Below, piece by piece: positions 1 through 9,542 of a stretch of DNA of 34,137 nt. The notes below the pieces were generated by a model, which saw only the letters and a list, made by a program, of their open reading frames with translations, was not told the origin of the DNA and searched no databases. The position numbers and the translations under genes were made by a program. Source of the stretch: a virus (lineage: Duplodnaviria > Caudoviricetes); IMG/VR virus record IMGVR_UViG_3300030433_003304, positions 1 to 34,137 of that record; one strand, written 5' to 3'. Within the stretch, counting starts at the first letter, position 1. Every line of letters starts with the position of its first letter.

Positions 1-658
1 GTTGAATTAATAAAACCGAATGAGAATCTCCTATTGATCCACCAGAACAAGTGATTGTAGTAATACCTGCCGATAAATTAAGTTCGTGATGTTGTGCTGA
101 ACTTAAATCTAATGTAACAACTGTATTTGCAGATGGTGATGATGCTGTTGTAGTGATACCAGCAGAAATGCCAGTCAGTTGGGAACCATCACCATAATAA
201 GTTACGATACCTGAAGTTGCAGTAACAACACCAGCAACTGCTATACCATTGGCAGTGGTTTCAAGTCTTTTTTCAGAACCATTTGGACCTGAACTGGTCA
301 CAAAATATAATTCAACATCACCATCCGTACCAGCACCAGCAACAAATAAATCAGAACCTTGCTGTGATGTTATTTTTGTCCCTCCATAATAACCACTAAT
401 ACTAACACTGTCAGATGAATTAATATTTAAACTATTTCCAGATGTAGAAATAGAACATACTGAACCAAAGTTTACTTGATTATTGAATGTTGCTGCAGTT
501 CCGGTAACTATATTATCTGTTGATGCTACCCCGATTAATCCTTCACCAGATCCAACAAATTTTGTTGCAGTTACAACACCAGTTACAACGACACCACTAG
601 GGGCACCAATAGCACCCCCTGTCCTGTTTTTGATATTATCAACGTATAACTGGGACAT
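1..658 (-). CDS. Tail-fibre stalk/connector protein, truncated at its 3' end by the window edge (>219 aa)
   Basis: Not in the ORF track because it runs off the window. ATG at 658-656 reads MSQLYVDNIKNRTGGAIGAPSGVVVTGVVTATKFVGSGEGL...YYGDGSQLTGISAGITT...VVTLDLSSAQHHELNLSAGITTITCSGGSIGDSHSVLLIQ, open to base 2. Its N-terminus is paralogous to the 2127..2417 gene and its C-terminal part to the 8202..9542 gene. A late promoter lies 20 nt upstream. Confidence 0.85.
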   Translation of the reverse strand, partial: MSQLYVDNIKNRTGGAIGAPSGVVVTGVVTATKFVGSGEGLIGVASTDNIVTGTAATFNNQVNFGSVCSISTSGNSLNINSSDSVSISGYYGGTKITSQQGSDLFVAGAGTDGDVELYFVTSSGPNGSEKRLETTANGIAVAGVVTATSGIVTYYGDGSQLTGISAGITTTASSPSANTVVTLDLSSAQHHELNLSAGITTITCSGGSIGDSHSVLLIQ

Positions 659-677
659 CTTTATACTACTTTCTAGT

Positions 678-684
678 TATTTAT
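678..684 (-). promoter_or_regulatory. T4-type late promoter (ATAAATA)
   Basis: GATAAATAACTAGAAAG on the minus strand, in the intergenic gap upstream of ATG 658; matches the gp55-dependent late consensus TATAAATA / cyanophage ATAAATA. Confidence 0.75.
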
Positions 685-703
685 CAATTAATTTGATATG
701 CAA

Positions 704-1687
704 TTATGCAGTTGCCGAATATCTAACAATCACACATCCAGATCCACCAGCACCACCAGTCCTGGAGTCGGCACCACCACCTCCACCACCTCCTCTACCA
801 GCAGCACCAGCTCCTGCAACATCTATAGAAGGGGGAGCACCAGCACCAGCACTAGGATCTTGACCACCAGGAGTTCCGGCAATATTTCCTCCAGATCCAC
901 CACCAGCATATGTAACTGGCGAACCAGTAATAGAACTATCAAGAGCTGCACCACCAGCACCAAATGATGGTGGAGATCCATCTCCACCTGCACCACCGGC
1001 ACCACCGCCACCTGCACCCATATATTCGGGAGCAGTATCATATCCAGTTCCACCATTATATCCTTGAGATGGAACACCATCATTTACAGGTGTTACTGGA
1101 GCAGGGGGTCTGCTGTCACCTCTATTTCCTGTTCCACCAGAACCACCACCACCATTAGCAGCACCACCGCCACCAGATCCTCCATTCTTTCCAGCGGTAT
1201 CATTTCCACCACCACCACCTCCTCCTCCTTGGGAGATTATAGTAGTTCCGTCAATAGTAAACGATGACTTTTGACCATTTAATCCTGCAGCAGTATTAGT
1301 AGTACCAGCAGTACCACCTTCTCCAACAAAAATTGGATATGTTCCTATATTACTGAGAGTAAAAGATCCTGTTCTGGCTCCACCGCCTCCACCTCCACCA
1401 CCTCTGGTGTTTCCACCTGCACCACCACCACCAACTACCAAATACTCAATCGATACTGATGAATTTTCTCCAAGGCTATTAACTATAAAATCATCAGATC
1501 CAGTAGTATCAAACCTATGAATAATATGTGATGCTGTAATTATTTTTGTACCACCACTTGCATCAAATTGAGCCCTTAAGTTACTAGCACCACCACCAGA
1601 AGTAAAAACATCTCTAAAATATCTTAGAAGATGTCCATCTGTTTTATTGGGTCCAGTACCTCTACCTTGAGTTGATCTTGCTCCCAT
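704..1687 (-). CDS. Glycine-rich tail-tip adhesin-like protein (reminiscent of T-even gp38 polyglycine adhesins), 327 aa
   Basis: IEYLVVGGGGAGG, repeated GGGGGG / GGSGGG / YAGGGSGG motifs, C-terminal GGAGGSGCVIVRY; typical phage glycine-rich domain; last gene of a fibre cassette. Confidence 0.75.
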   Translation of the reverse strand: MGARSTQGRGTGPNKTDGHLLRYFRDVFTSGGGASNLRAQFDASGGTKIITASHIIHRFDTTGSDDFIVNSLGENSSVSIEYLVVGGGGAGGNTRGGGGGGGGARTGSFTLSNIGTYPIFVGEGGTAGTTNTAAGLNGQKSSFTIDGTTIISQGGGGGGGGNDTAGKNGGSGGGGAANGGGGSGGTGNRGDSRPPAPVTPVNDGVPSQGYNGGTGYDTAPEYMGAGGGGAGGAGGDGSPPSFGAGGAALDSSITGSPVTYAGGGSGGNIAGTPGGQDPSAGAGAPPSIDVAGAGAAGRGGGGGGGADSRTGGAGGSGCVIVRYSATA

Positions 1688-1698
1688 TTCTACTTACC

Positions 1699-2106
1699 TC
1701 AAATATCAGTGTCGCCAAGAACTTGATAGTTTATAGCACTTCCAATTCCAGATCCTGCATTTGAGTTTGATGGGGCAGTAATTTCTACGACAATTTTTTC
1801 CCCATCAACTAATACCAAAGGATAATTCATCTCGTAGAAGAAAGTTTCATTTGATGCGATATCAACTCTTGCTAGTCTATATGCAGTCTGTCCAACAGAG
1901 ACATCATTTACTCCATTTGGATAGATGTAAAGTGATGATGTTGCAGTTCCAAGTCCAGTATTGTGCATTACAACACCACGAAGATATGTGGTTGATGCAA
2001 TACCAACACCACCAGCAGTTTGAGTAACTCCAACCGTCAGAATACCAACGGTATTAATTCCCGTCACTGACTGTATTCCCAGTAATTTAGTTCTTTTGAG
2101 TCCCAT
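1699..2106 (-). CDS. Small virion adaptor-like protein, 135 aa (paralog of 9542..10081)
   Basis: Beta-rich; LVLVDGEKIVVEI matches LLESGDEVRVYC of the 179-aa gene; occupies the same position in its cassette. Confidence 0.65.
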   Translation of the reverse strand: MGLKRTKLLGIQSVTGINTVGILTVGVTQTAGGVGIASTTYLRGVVMHNTGLGTATSSLYIYPNGVNDVSVGQTAYRLARVDIASNETFFYEMNYPLVLVDGEKIVVEITAPSNSNAGSGIGSAINYQVLGDTDI

Positions 2107-2123
2107 TGGTATATGTTTTTAGT

Positions 2124-2130
2124 TATTTAG
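2124..2130 (-). promoter_or_regulatory. T4-type late promoter (CTAAATA) overlapping the stop codon of the 96-aa gene
   Basis: CTAAATAACTAAAAA, 18 nt upstream of ATG 2106. Confidence 0.65.
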
Positions 2131-2417
2131 TTAAACAGAGCCGCATCCAACTCACTGAATCCAGGAGGGACACCAACAAAATTACTTGCAGTAATGATAC
2201 CTGCAACAACATTATTTACTGTTATATCAGGTGTTCCTGTTAAACCTTGTGCATTAGTTGCTGTAGTAGCAGTATCAGAATTACCAGTTACATTGCCCGT
2301 TAAAGGTCCACTAAAACTAGTAGCAGTAGCAACACCAGTTACAACGGCACCTTTAGAAAACCCAACACTACCGTTGTCGTCCTTATTTACAATATCATCA
2401 ACTTGTAGCTTTGACAT
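2127..2417 (-). CDS. Short tail-fibre stalk protein, 96 aa
   Basis: MSKLQVDDI N-terminal motif, GVATATSFSG, TGNVTGN and TATTATNAQGLTG fibre-shaft repeats, C-terminal short helix ELDAALFN. Confidence 0.75.
   Translation of the reverse strand: MSKLQVDDIVNKDDNGSVGFSKGAVVTGVATATSFSGPLTGNVTGNSDTATTATNAQGLTGTPDITVNNVVAGIITASNFVGVPPGFSELDAALFN
2245..2297. repeat. Dispersed 53-bp repeat, copy 1 (copy 2 at 8947..8999)
   Basis: 49/53 identical by manual alignment; both copies encode GNVTGN(S/A)DTATTATNAQG. Confidence 0.85.
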
Positions 2418-2434
2418 GAGTTTATCTTTTTAGT

Positions 2435-2441
2435 TATTTAT
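2435..2441 (-). promoter_or_regulatory. T4-type late promoter (ATAAATA) overlapping the stop codon of the 1916-aa gene
   Basis: GATAAATAACTAAAAAG, 16/17 identical to the context at 669..685. Confidence 0.75.
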
Positions 2442-5400
2442 CTTGCATTAGATTGCCCACCATACAAGTTAATTGCTGGTGATTCTGCCCATGCAGCATA
2501 GATGAATTGTGTGGTGCCAAGGTTTGTATGTCCTGCAGTATCAGCATATCTAAGTTTAAATCCATTTGACAAGAAATCTATAGGATATCCTGTTCCAATA
2601 TTGCCTGGTGAATTTGCCACTAAGTGTTTATTAATTGGATTATATTTTACCATCTTAGAATCAAATATATACCAATTACCCGATCCACTATTATCATGAG
2701 CATATTTCACTATTACTAGTGCCGGACGGAATCCTAGTTCAACGTAGGGTCCGTTTGCGTTTCCATTTCCAGTGTAGAATCCAAATTTTTGTAGACCAGG
2801 GACATTGTGCCACGAATACATGATATAATCATTAGGATTGACACCACCAACATTGACATCTAATGCACTAGTAGTTCCATTATTCATTGTCATGGCAGTG
2901 TTTGAACTTAGATGTCCAGCAATAAATCCATCATCCCAGAATGCTCTGTCACCAATCTGGTTTAATCTAAGATTTTTATTGTCACCGAAAGCAGAAGTCC
3001 ATACCATCCAATCAGTGGTATTTGATGTTATATTTTTTACAATTACGAAATCTGGTTTTTGTGAAAGACCATGGAGAACTCCAACACCAGCAGTAGTAGA
3101 TCCGCTATATTTTACAATACTAAATCCTGTCTTAGTTGATATAGATGCCGAATCTGGTGCAATTTCAGTTGCTTGTGGATTAAAACCAGCATCACCAGCA
3201 GTTGAGAATCCAACACCATCAATCATAAATGATCTGCCTACACCAACTTCACCACCTGCTTTCCAAGACCATGCTACATAATCTTGACCAAATTCATTAT
3301 ATCCAGCATTACTTGTCCAAACAGTAAAACCATCAGGATCAAAAGAGTTTAATCCGTTATTTGATCCGGAGTTTTGATCGGTGTCTGAGTATAGTTCTTC
3401 ATTAGGACCTCTAACCGAGTCAACAAGTCTGTTTTGTTCATTACTACCAGAGGTTTTTTTAATCCAAACTAAATCTGGTTGCATACCCAATTTTATTGGA
3501 TTATAAATTGTCTGATCTGAAATGTGTCCAACTTGATTTGCTGAATCAGTGGTCCAAGATCCAGTTCTTGCACTATTCCATGTCTGCAAGTCAGTCCAAT
3601 TAGAATTGTCATTACTTCCTTGCAACTTCATATATTTGTTAGTAGTATTTCCTGCTAATCCATAACTATTAACACCCCATACTTTAACTCCATAAATGGT
3701 TTTGGTTTGACCCGATCCCCAATCTTTTGAGATGTAGAATCCAACAGCACCAACACCAGCATCTTTTCTTACACCTTGAGAATAATCAGAACCACCCCTT
3801 GTCCCATTAAATGCAGTCCAACCATCTAATCCTTGAGTGGCATTTGTTGCTACAGAATTTCCTGCATTATTTGTATCAGAAGCATCAATCTTATTGCCAT
3901 TGGCATCATAGAATTCAATCTCACTAACTGACCCACCGTTATTATCACCCTCAAAAAGAATTCTGTGATACCGATATGCAGTGCTGGTATCTATTGCAGT
4001 ATCAGCAAGAGCATCACTATCACCATTACCACTATAAGTCGTCACACCAACATACTGATCAGGACGTGCAATTACAGTCTCTGGTCTTATATTAGCAGCA
4101 TTTAGTGGTTGGAAACCATCAGGTGGTGGGAACTTGAAGGGTTTTTGTCCAAAGTTTACTCTAAATTTCTGACCTACATTAGAATCTGAAACAAGGGGAG
4201 TATAACCACCTGCAAAATTAATTCCACTGTGTGTAAATCCTGTTCCTTGTGAAGGATTTCCACCATTCATATAGATACCATTTTTTGCTATATACAGTTT
4301 ATTATCATCGGCATCAAAAGCAAATGATAATAAGTCACCTGCACCATAACCCACTGCTGTGCCAGTAGACCCATCACCATAGAATGCTGCCTGATCTCTT
4401 ATAGCTGCAATTTGTGCAGTGGACCAACCTCTTTCTGCTCCAGGATATGCTGCGTCCTGAACTCCAATATACATTTGACTATTATTAGTCACAGTATCAA
4501 TTAAAACTTCATAATAGAATTTTCCAGATGACGCTGAAAGTGTGCCAGTTCCATCTCCTCTACCATCCATGAAGAGATTTCCATCACCAAATGATGGATT
4601 GTATCCAGCAGTTCTTTCCCTTAAAGCATTAAAAGTACAATAACCAGTCTCTTGTCCACGAACTGTGTTGATATCAGTGATGAATGGGTTGAAGTTGGTT
4701 GCTGCTGCGTCTCCGTTTGCTGTGATTGTTCCTGGTTTTACTGCACCATTAAATTTGTAATATTTTGCTCTTGTTGGTAGTGTTCCACTAATTAATTTTG
4801 GTTCTGGAGGACTAGCATCAGCACCAAAAACATAAAAATCTCTTGCGGGATATACTGAATAAGTAGATGAACTATCATCTGACTTATAGTCAAAATCACT
4901 ATATTCAGATGGACCATATGTACCTATGGTTTGTGTCCAACTACTACCATTTCTCCAATACAAAGCAAAATTATTACTAGCATGTGGAGTAGTGATAGAA
5001 CCATCATTAGTAAAGACATCACTACCTATTGGTTCATCTCCCGTTGGGATGATATACCAATATTCATTACTTAAAGTAGCACCGTCACCAATCTCAGTTG
5101 CATTAGCAAGAATGTCTGCTTTTGTAGTGTATAGCGTGCTGGACTTAAACATTCTAATAAAGTTATTCTGTTGCTCTGCAACTGACTGACAACACAGAAG
5201 TTTTGTGTTGGTTACATTTGTGAGTGGTGCTGATGGTGGTGTGAAGTTAGAAGTATAGAGTGCGGTTCCTTTTATAACTCTTACATTTGAAATAAAACCA
5301 TCCATATCATAAGTATTACTATCAGCATCCTGACCAATAACTAATGGACCAGAACCATCAGTCATCGTCTGCGAAGAGGGGACTGAACTTAAATCTATTG

Positions 5401-8188
5401 TAGCGCTTAATTGACCATCATCAAATATTCTAATTGTACTACCTTCTCTTGCAACTGCACAGTGTGTCCATTTACCGTAAATAACTTTGGGTGAGGTTGC
5501 GTTTAGATTATTTAAACCATTATTATATAATTGATAAAATTCTTGTCTTCCATTATTCATTCCCCACCACCAAGATCGATCAGATTGAGTGTTAGTAGAG
5601 TACTTCGTTACCAGTGCATTCCATCCAGTACTACTACTATCAATATAAACAAATGCTTCCATGGTATAATCACCACCACCAAAAGTGAAGTCAACATGAT
5701 CTTCTACTCTTAAACTATCACCATTACCATCAAAAGCAACAGCACCTTCAGTATCAGTAATCTTAGCAAGTTTAGAACCACCACTTACACCTGATGGAGT
5801 ATCAGGAAGAATATCTGGATTGGTTGATGCAGGAATGAAGTTACTAGTATATTTTGCTACTCCACTATAAATTCTAAGATCCTGAGCATATCCAATTGGT
5901 GCAGCACCTCCAGTACTATCTGCAAATACAGTAACATTATCTCCATTAGTCATTAATGGTAATGAACTAGTAAAGGTATCAGTTTGAACTCCATTCAAAA
6001 ATAACCTACCAGTGCTTCCCTCTCTAGTAACAGCAATATGATTCCACTTATTAAGCATAGGGATGCTACTACCAAAACTAGCACCATTTGCAATATCCCA
6101 AGAAGTATTATTGGATGAAGCAAAAAATTGCAATACATCTAATCCACTATTGTAGATCATATAAGGCATATATGAATTACCTTTAGCTAACAAATACTCT
6201 CCACTATTAAGGGTGCTACAATACCACCACATTTCAATGGTAAAGTCCCCAAATCCATCCAATTCATCATGATCAGATATTGATACTTTATCACTTGTTC
6301 CATCAAATTTAAAACTACCACTGTAGAAAATACTAGTATCTGTTGAGAAATCAGCATTATCGTCTGCGGTAACAGTTTTTACTGAACTCCTACTATCAAT
6401 TTGATTGCTTACATCAGTGTAATTACCTGGCATTTGTCCAGCCATTGGAACTGCTAAAACACAAGTTCCTACACCAGCAGCAACAGTTGCATCAGTTCTT
6501 ACACCAACAGTAGCAACTCTACCACCATTAGTAGTATTAAGAATAGGTAGTGCTCCTGTTGCTTTATCAATGGCACTAGATCCACTAAAGTTTACTGGTG
6601 TCCAACTGTTACCTTTAAGTCCATTTACAAGAAGTATTCCACCAACTGTTATTCCACTCCATCCTGCTAAAGAACTATTTCCAGTAACTGTAAGAGATGT
6701 CAGTGTACCAAGATTAGTTGGAATTGTATAAACATTAGTAACTCCATTTACAGTCGCTGGTGTAATATTAGATTGACTTCCTAAAGAACCAACTACTGAT
6801 AATCTATCTAAACTACTAATACCTTTAACCAAAATTTCATCTGCAGTATCAATAGTATATCCATTTGGTGTCCAAGTAACAGTGCCTCCCGCACTAGTAT
6901 CTGATTGCACATAAGTATCACTTTGACCGACTAATGAACTATTACCATCAAAACCCTTACTAGGATCACGATTAGCCGCATATCCATTTGAAGTAGTTAC
7001 ATCCTTACTCCATATGGTTCCATCATTTATATTTAAATTGCCAGACTTATCTTCTCCAATTGGGGAGTTTCCGTCCATCGGGAGATAGAAACCATTTGTT
7101 CCAAAAGTAATAGACCCATCCCAGGTTCTATTATTTGTTGTTGTAGCATCTTGGAGAATTACACCATCAACTTCAATTGCAGAAAATGATGCATTTACTG
7201 CAGAATCAGCACTTAAAACAATAGATGTTAATGGTCCTGTAAATCCACTAATAACCTTATACTCACCATCAGATGCTGTTGTAGCTGCACCATAATTTGT
7301 TCCATTTACTGTGATTGTTGAGTTCTGACCGTTTGTATAATTTGTTCGTATTCTAAGAAGTTTCTCAACAGATATGCCAGAAAATGTAATGTTTATATCT
7401 GCACCATTTGTGTTTGTTTTACACTTAGTGGTAAGGTCTCCATCAAAACCTTTTGTTACTTCTTCTCCTGTACCAAAACCACCACTACTTGCAGTTACAT
7501 TATTACTCCAGGTTGTATTATTATTTGGATTATTTGTAGGTGCTGTTGTATCGTATTTCTTAGGTCTCCAAGTATTTGTGAGTGGGTCAGTAAATCCAAA
7601 CTCTTCAGGTCTAAGTGCTTGACCATCTACAAAGTAGAAGTTTGACATAGGTCCATCATAATGACCCTGAATACTATTACTAAACTCTGCAGCACCAATA
7701 AACCAGTCTCTGGAATTTGATAACTCAAAGGCATAATTTTCAGCAGGGAACGCACTATGTCCAGCAGCAAAATCTGTTTGCCTTTCTCCATTTATATAAA
7801 ATTTTACTCTATCCTCTGCAGGTGATACTGTAGTATCTACTGCGACAACTATATGATACCACGCAGTATCTCTTAATAATGCGGATGGTTTAATATTAAC
7901 TACGGCACTCTTACTATTATATAACTGAAGTTGATAACCAGCAGATAAGGTAAGCTCAAAGTATTCATTTCCTGATCCTAGATATTCAGATGTGAAAAGA
8001 TATTGTTGATCCTGGAAACGACATTGCTTAAACCATGCACTAACTGTGAAAGTTCTTTGGTTTCCAGTGGTGCTAATTGTCCTTTTAAGGTGCTTAAGTC
8101 TACTCCTATCAAAGACTATACTACCGTCAATAACCTGAGCACCAGATGCTCTATCTTCTGCAATGACCTGAGGAATTGCAATACCCAT
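2438..8188 (-). CDS. Large receptor-binding/tail-fibre protein with several LamG/concanavalin A-like domains, a SPRY-like domain and an F5/8C-like insert, 1916 aa
   Basis: Three LamG-like blocks (TFTVSAWFK...WYHIVVAVDT; DFTIEMW...WNHIAVTREG; DYTMEAFV...WTHCAVAREG), SPRY-like SSGKFYYEV...GDLLSFAFDADDNKLYIAKNG...VNFGQ, C-terminal QPDLVWIKK / KPDFVIVK / FRPALVIVK repeats. Confidence 0.85.
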   Translation of the reverse strand: MGIAIPQVIAEDRASGAQVIDGSIVFDRSRLKHLKRTISTTGNQRTFTVSAWFKQCRFQDQQYLFTSEYLGSGNEYFELTLSAGYQLQLYNSKSAVVNIKPSALLRDTAWYHIVVAVDTTVSPAEDRVKFYINGERQTDFAAGHSAFPAENYAFELSNSRDWFIGAAEFSNSIQGHYDGPMSNFYFVDGQALRPEEFGFTDPLTNTWRPKKYDTTAPTNNPNNNTTWSNNVTASSGGFGTGEEVTKGFDGDLTTKCKTNTNGADINITFSGISVEKLLRIRTNYTNGQNSTITVNGTNYGAATTASDGEYKVISGFTGPLTSIVLSADSAVNASFSAIEVDGVILQDATTTNNRTWDGSITFGTNGFYLPMDGNSPIGEDKSGNLNINDGTIWSKDVTTSNGYAANRDPSKGFDGNSSLVGQSDTYVQSDTSAGGTVTWTPNGYTIDTADEILVKGISSLDRLSVVGSLGSQSNITPATVNGVTNVYTIPTNLGTLTSLTVTGNSSLAGWSGITVGGILLVNGLKGNSWTPVNFSGSSAIDKATGALPILNTTNGGRVATVGVRTDATVAAGVGTCVLAVPMAGQMPGNYTDVSNQIDSRSSVKTVTADDNADFSTDTSIFYSGSFKFDGTSDKVSISDHDELDGFGDFTIEMWWYCSTLNSGEYLLAKGNSYMPYMIYNSGLDVLQFFASSNNTSWDIANGASFGSSIPMLNKWNHIAVTREGSTGRLFLNGVQTDTFTSSLPLMTNGDNVTVFADSTGGAAPIGYAQDLRIYSGVAKYTSNFIPASTNPDILPDTPSGVSGGSKLAKITDTEGAVAFDGNGDSLRVEDHVDFTFGGGDYTMEAFVYIDSSSTGWNALVTKYSTNTQSDRSWWWGMNNGRQEFYQLYNNGLNNLNATSPKVIYGKWTHCAVAREGSTIRIFDDGQLSATIDLSSVPSSQTMTDGSGPLVIGQDADSNTYDMDGFISNVRVIKGTALYTSNFTPPSAPLTNVTNTKLLCCQSVAEQQNNFIRMFKSSTLYTTKADILANATEIGDGATLSNEYWYIIPTGDEPIGSDVFTNDGSITTPHASNNFALYWRNGSSWTQTIGTYGPSEYSDFDYKSDDSSSTYSVYPARDFYVFGADASPPEPKLISGTLPTRAKYYKFNGAVKPGTITANGDAAATNFNPFITDINTVRGQETGYCTFNALRERTAGYNPSFGDGNLFMDGRGDGTGTLSASSGKFYYEVLIDTVTNNSQMYIGVQDAAYPGAERGWSTAQIAAIRDQAAFYGDGSTGTAVGYGAGDLLSFAFDADDNKLYIAKNGIYMNGGNPSQGTGFTHSGINFAGGYTPLVSDSNVGQKFRVNFGQKPFKFPPPDGFQPLNAANIRPETVIARPDQYVGVTTYSGNGDSDALADTAIDTSTAYRYHRILFEGDNNGGSVSEIEFYDANGNKIDASDTNNAGNSVATNATQGLDGWTAFNGTRGGSDYSQGVRKDAGVGAVGFYISKDWGSGQTKTIYGVKVWGVNSYGLAGNTTNKYMKLQGSNDNSNWTDLQTWNSARTGSWTTDSANQVGHISDQTIYNPIKLGMQPDLVWIKKTSGSNEQNRLVDSVRGPNEELYSDTDQNSGSNNGLNSFDPDGFTVWTSNAGYNEFGQDYVAWSWKAGGEVGVGRSFMIDGVGFSTAGDAGFNPQATEIAPDSASISTKTGFSIVKYSGSTTAGVGVLHGLSQKPDFVIVKNITSNTTDWMVWTSAFGDNKNLRLNQIGDRAFWDDGFIAGHLSSNTAMTMNNGTTSALDVNVGGVNPNDYIMYSWHNVPGLQKFGFYTGNGNANGPYVELGFRPALVIVKYAHDNSGSGNWYIFDSKMVKYNPINKHLVANSPGNIGTGYPIDFLSNGFKLRYADTAGHTNLGTTQFIYAAWAESPAINLYGGQSNAR

Positions 8189-8201
8189 TTACCTATTCTC
8201 C

Positions 8202-9542
8202 TCAGCTATAGTTCAGTGAAGCACCTGTCAGGAGTTGTGTTCCTCCCGCTCCTACTCTATTTACCGTGAATGAAAGAAGACTAATTGAACCATCTGCTTC
8301 TGGTAAACTTGGTGTAGCACCTGATGGGAACAAGAAGTATGTACTGAATCCAACAGTTGCAATGCCAGAGTTGATGAGTCTTACAGTATGAGAATCTGCT
8401 TCAGTTCCTCCAGTTACTGTAATCGTGCAAATACCAGTTGCAGTTATCTTATGATCTTGTTTTGTAAGGTCAAGTGTTACAACAGAATTGTTTGCAACTA
8501 ATGCTTCTGTAGTAAGACCTACTGCAATACCAGTTAAGTTTGATCCATCACCGTAATAGACTGCAGCTGATGCTCCACTTGAACCAAATGATTGACCAGA
8601 TCCAACTTGAACACTACCAGTTGCAGTTACAACACCAGTAATAGTTGCTCCATTAGAGGTAAAGACTGCTCTATTTGTGTTTCCATCCTCATTAGTGATT
8701 TGCACAGGTGCTCCAGCACCAAGAGTTAATTTTCCAGATCCACCAGGAACTCTAACATGAAACTCATTTGCAGAATTTTCAAAGAAAATACGTCCATCCG
8801 AACTAGCACCAAAATTTGCTTCTATATCGTCAGCAACGTTGATTGTATTATTAAAATTTGAAGCACCAGCAAAGGTAGAAACACCAGATACATTAAGTTG
8901 AGAAGCAGTAACATCTGCAACTGAAATACTAGGAGAACCTGTCAGTCCTTGTGCATTGGTTGCTGTAGTAGCAGTATCAGCATTGCCAGTTACATTACCA
9001 GTTACATTGCCAGTGAGGTTGCCAGAAAAACCACCAGTAGAAGTAGTTACACCAGTGACTTCTAAGTCATTCTGAATCTTAACTTTCTTGGTGGTGGTAA
9101 TACCAGAGTAAGAATCATATGATGTCCATGTTCCACCAGCACCAGCAGATGAAATACTTACATCAATTACAGAACCATTAACCCTAAAAGTATTTCCTGT
9201 TCCAACAAAATTTAACGTTTCTGCATTACCAATCTGAATTCCAGCAGATTGAATACCAATTCTACTTGCATCACCTAAATTAAATGCTTTGTATGCAACA
9301 CCTTCAAGGACATCTCCATCCTGTGCTCCACCATTCATAACAGTGAAGGTAGCAGAATCTGAGGCAGTATAGTCTGAACCTTCGACTAATTTAACACCGT
9401 TTATATACAGATCAAAATAACCAACAGTATAACCAGAAGCAAATGTAAAATCTGTTGTGATTCCAGATGCAGTGAATGATTGTCTGGAGATTACTACTGA
9501 CGAATCTCCAGGATTTCTTCCGATATATCCTTGTGCTACCAT
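8202..9542 (-). CDS. Tail-fibre protein with a C-terminal connector domain, 446 aa
   Basis: GYIGRNP N-terminus, DLYINGVKL...DYTA domain, TGNV repeats, YYGDGSNLTG, C-terminal VVTLDL...LLSFTV...LNYS domain; start overlaps the upstream stop (TGATG). Confidence 0.8.
   Translation of the reverse strand: MVAQGYIGRNPGDSSVVISRQSFTASGITTDFTFASGYTVGYFDLYINGVKLVEGSDYTASDSATFTVMNGGAQDGDVLEGVAYKAFNLGDASRIGIQSAGIQIGNAETLNFVGTGNTFRVNGSVIDVSISSAGAGGTWTSYDSYSGITTTKKVKIQNDLEVTGVTTSTGGFSGNLTGNVTGNVTGNADTATTATNAQGLTGSPSISVADVTASQLNVSGVSTFAGASNFNNTINVADDIEANFGASSDGRIFFENSANEFHVRVPGGSGKLTLGAGAPVQITNEDGNTNRAVFTSNGATITGVVTATGSVQVGSGQSFGSSGASAAVYYGDGSNLTGIAVGLTTEALVANNSVVTLDLTKQDHKITATGICTITVTGGTEADSHTVRLINSGIATVGFSTYFLFPSGATPSLPEADGSISLLSFTVNRVGAGGTQLLTGASLNYS
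8947..9014. repeat. Copy 2 of the 53-bp repeat plus a 12-bp tandem repeat (about 2.8 units, 8981..9014)
   Basis: cattgccagtta-cattaccagtta-cattgccagt, encoding TGNV units. Confidence 0.8.

Noticed and set aside
683-697. atcaa-ttaat-ttgat hairpin after the 327-aa gene as a terminator
   Set aside because: Weak AT-rich 5-bp stem with no U-tract
2106-2440. Stop-codon readthrough fusing fibre genes across TAAATA junctions
   Set aside because: Downstream ATGs are out of frame with the upstream stops (and the stop at 10107 is doubled); the overlap is explained by late promoters reusing TAA
704-8188. Possible diversity-generating retroelement target or template repeats in the adhesin genes
   Set aside because: No reverse transcriptase in the window and no ~100-bp repeat pair with adenine-specific mismatches seen; the 53-bp repeat lies in stalk sequence, not at a variable C-terminus
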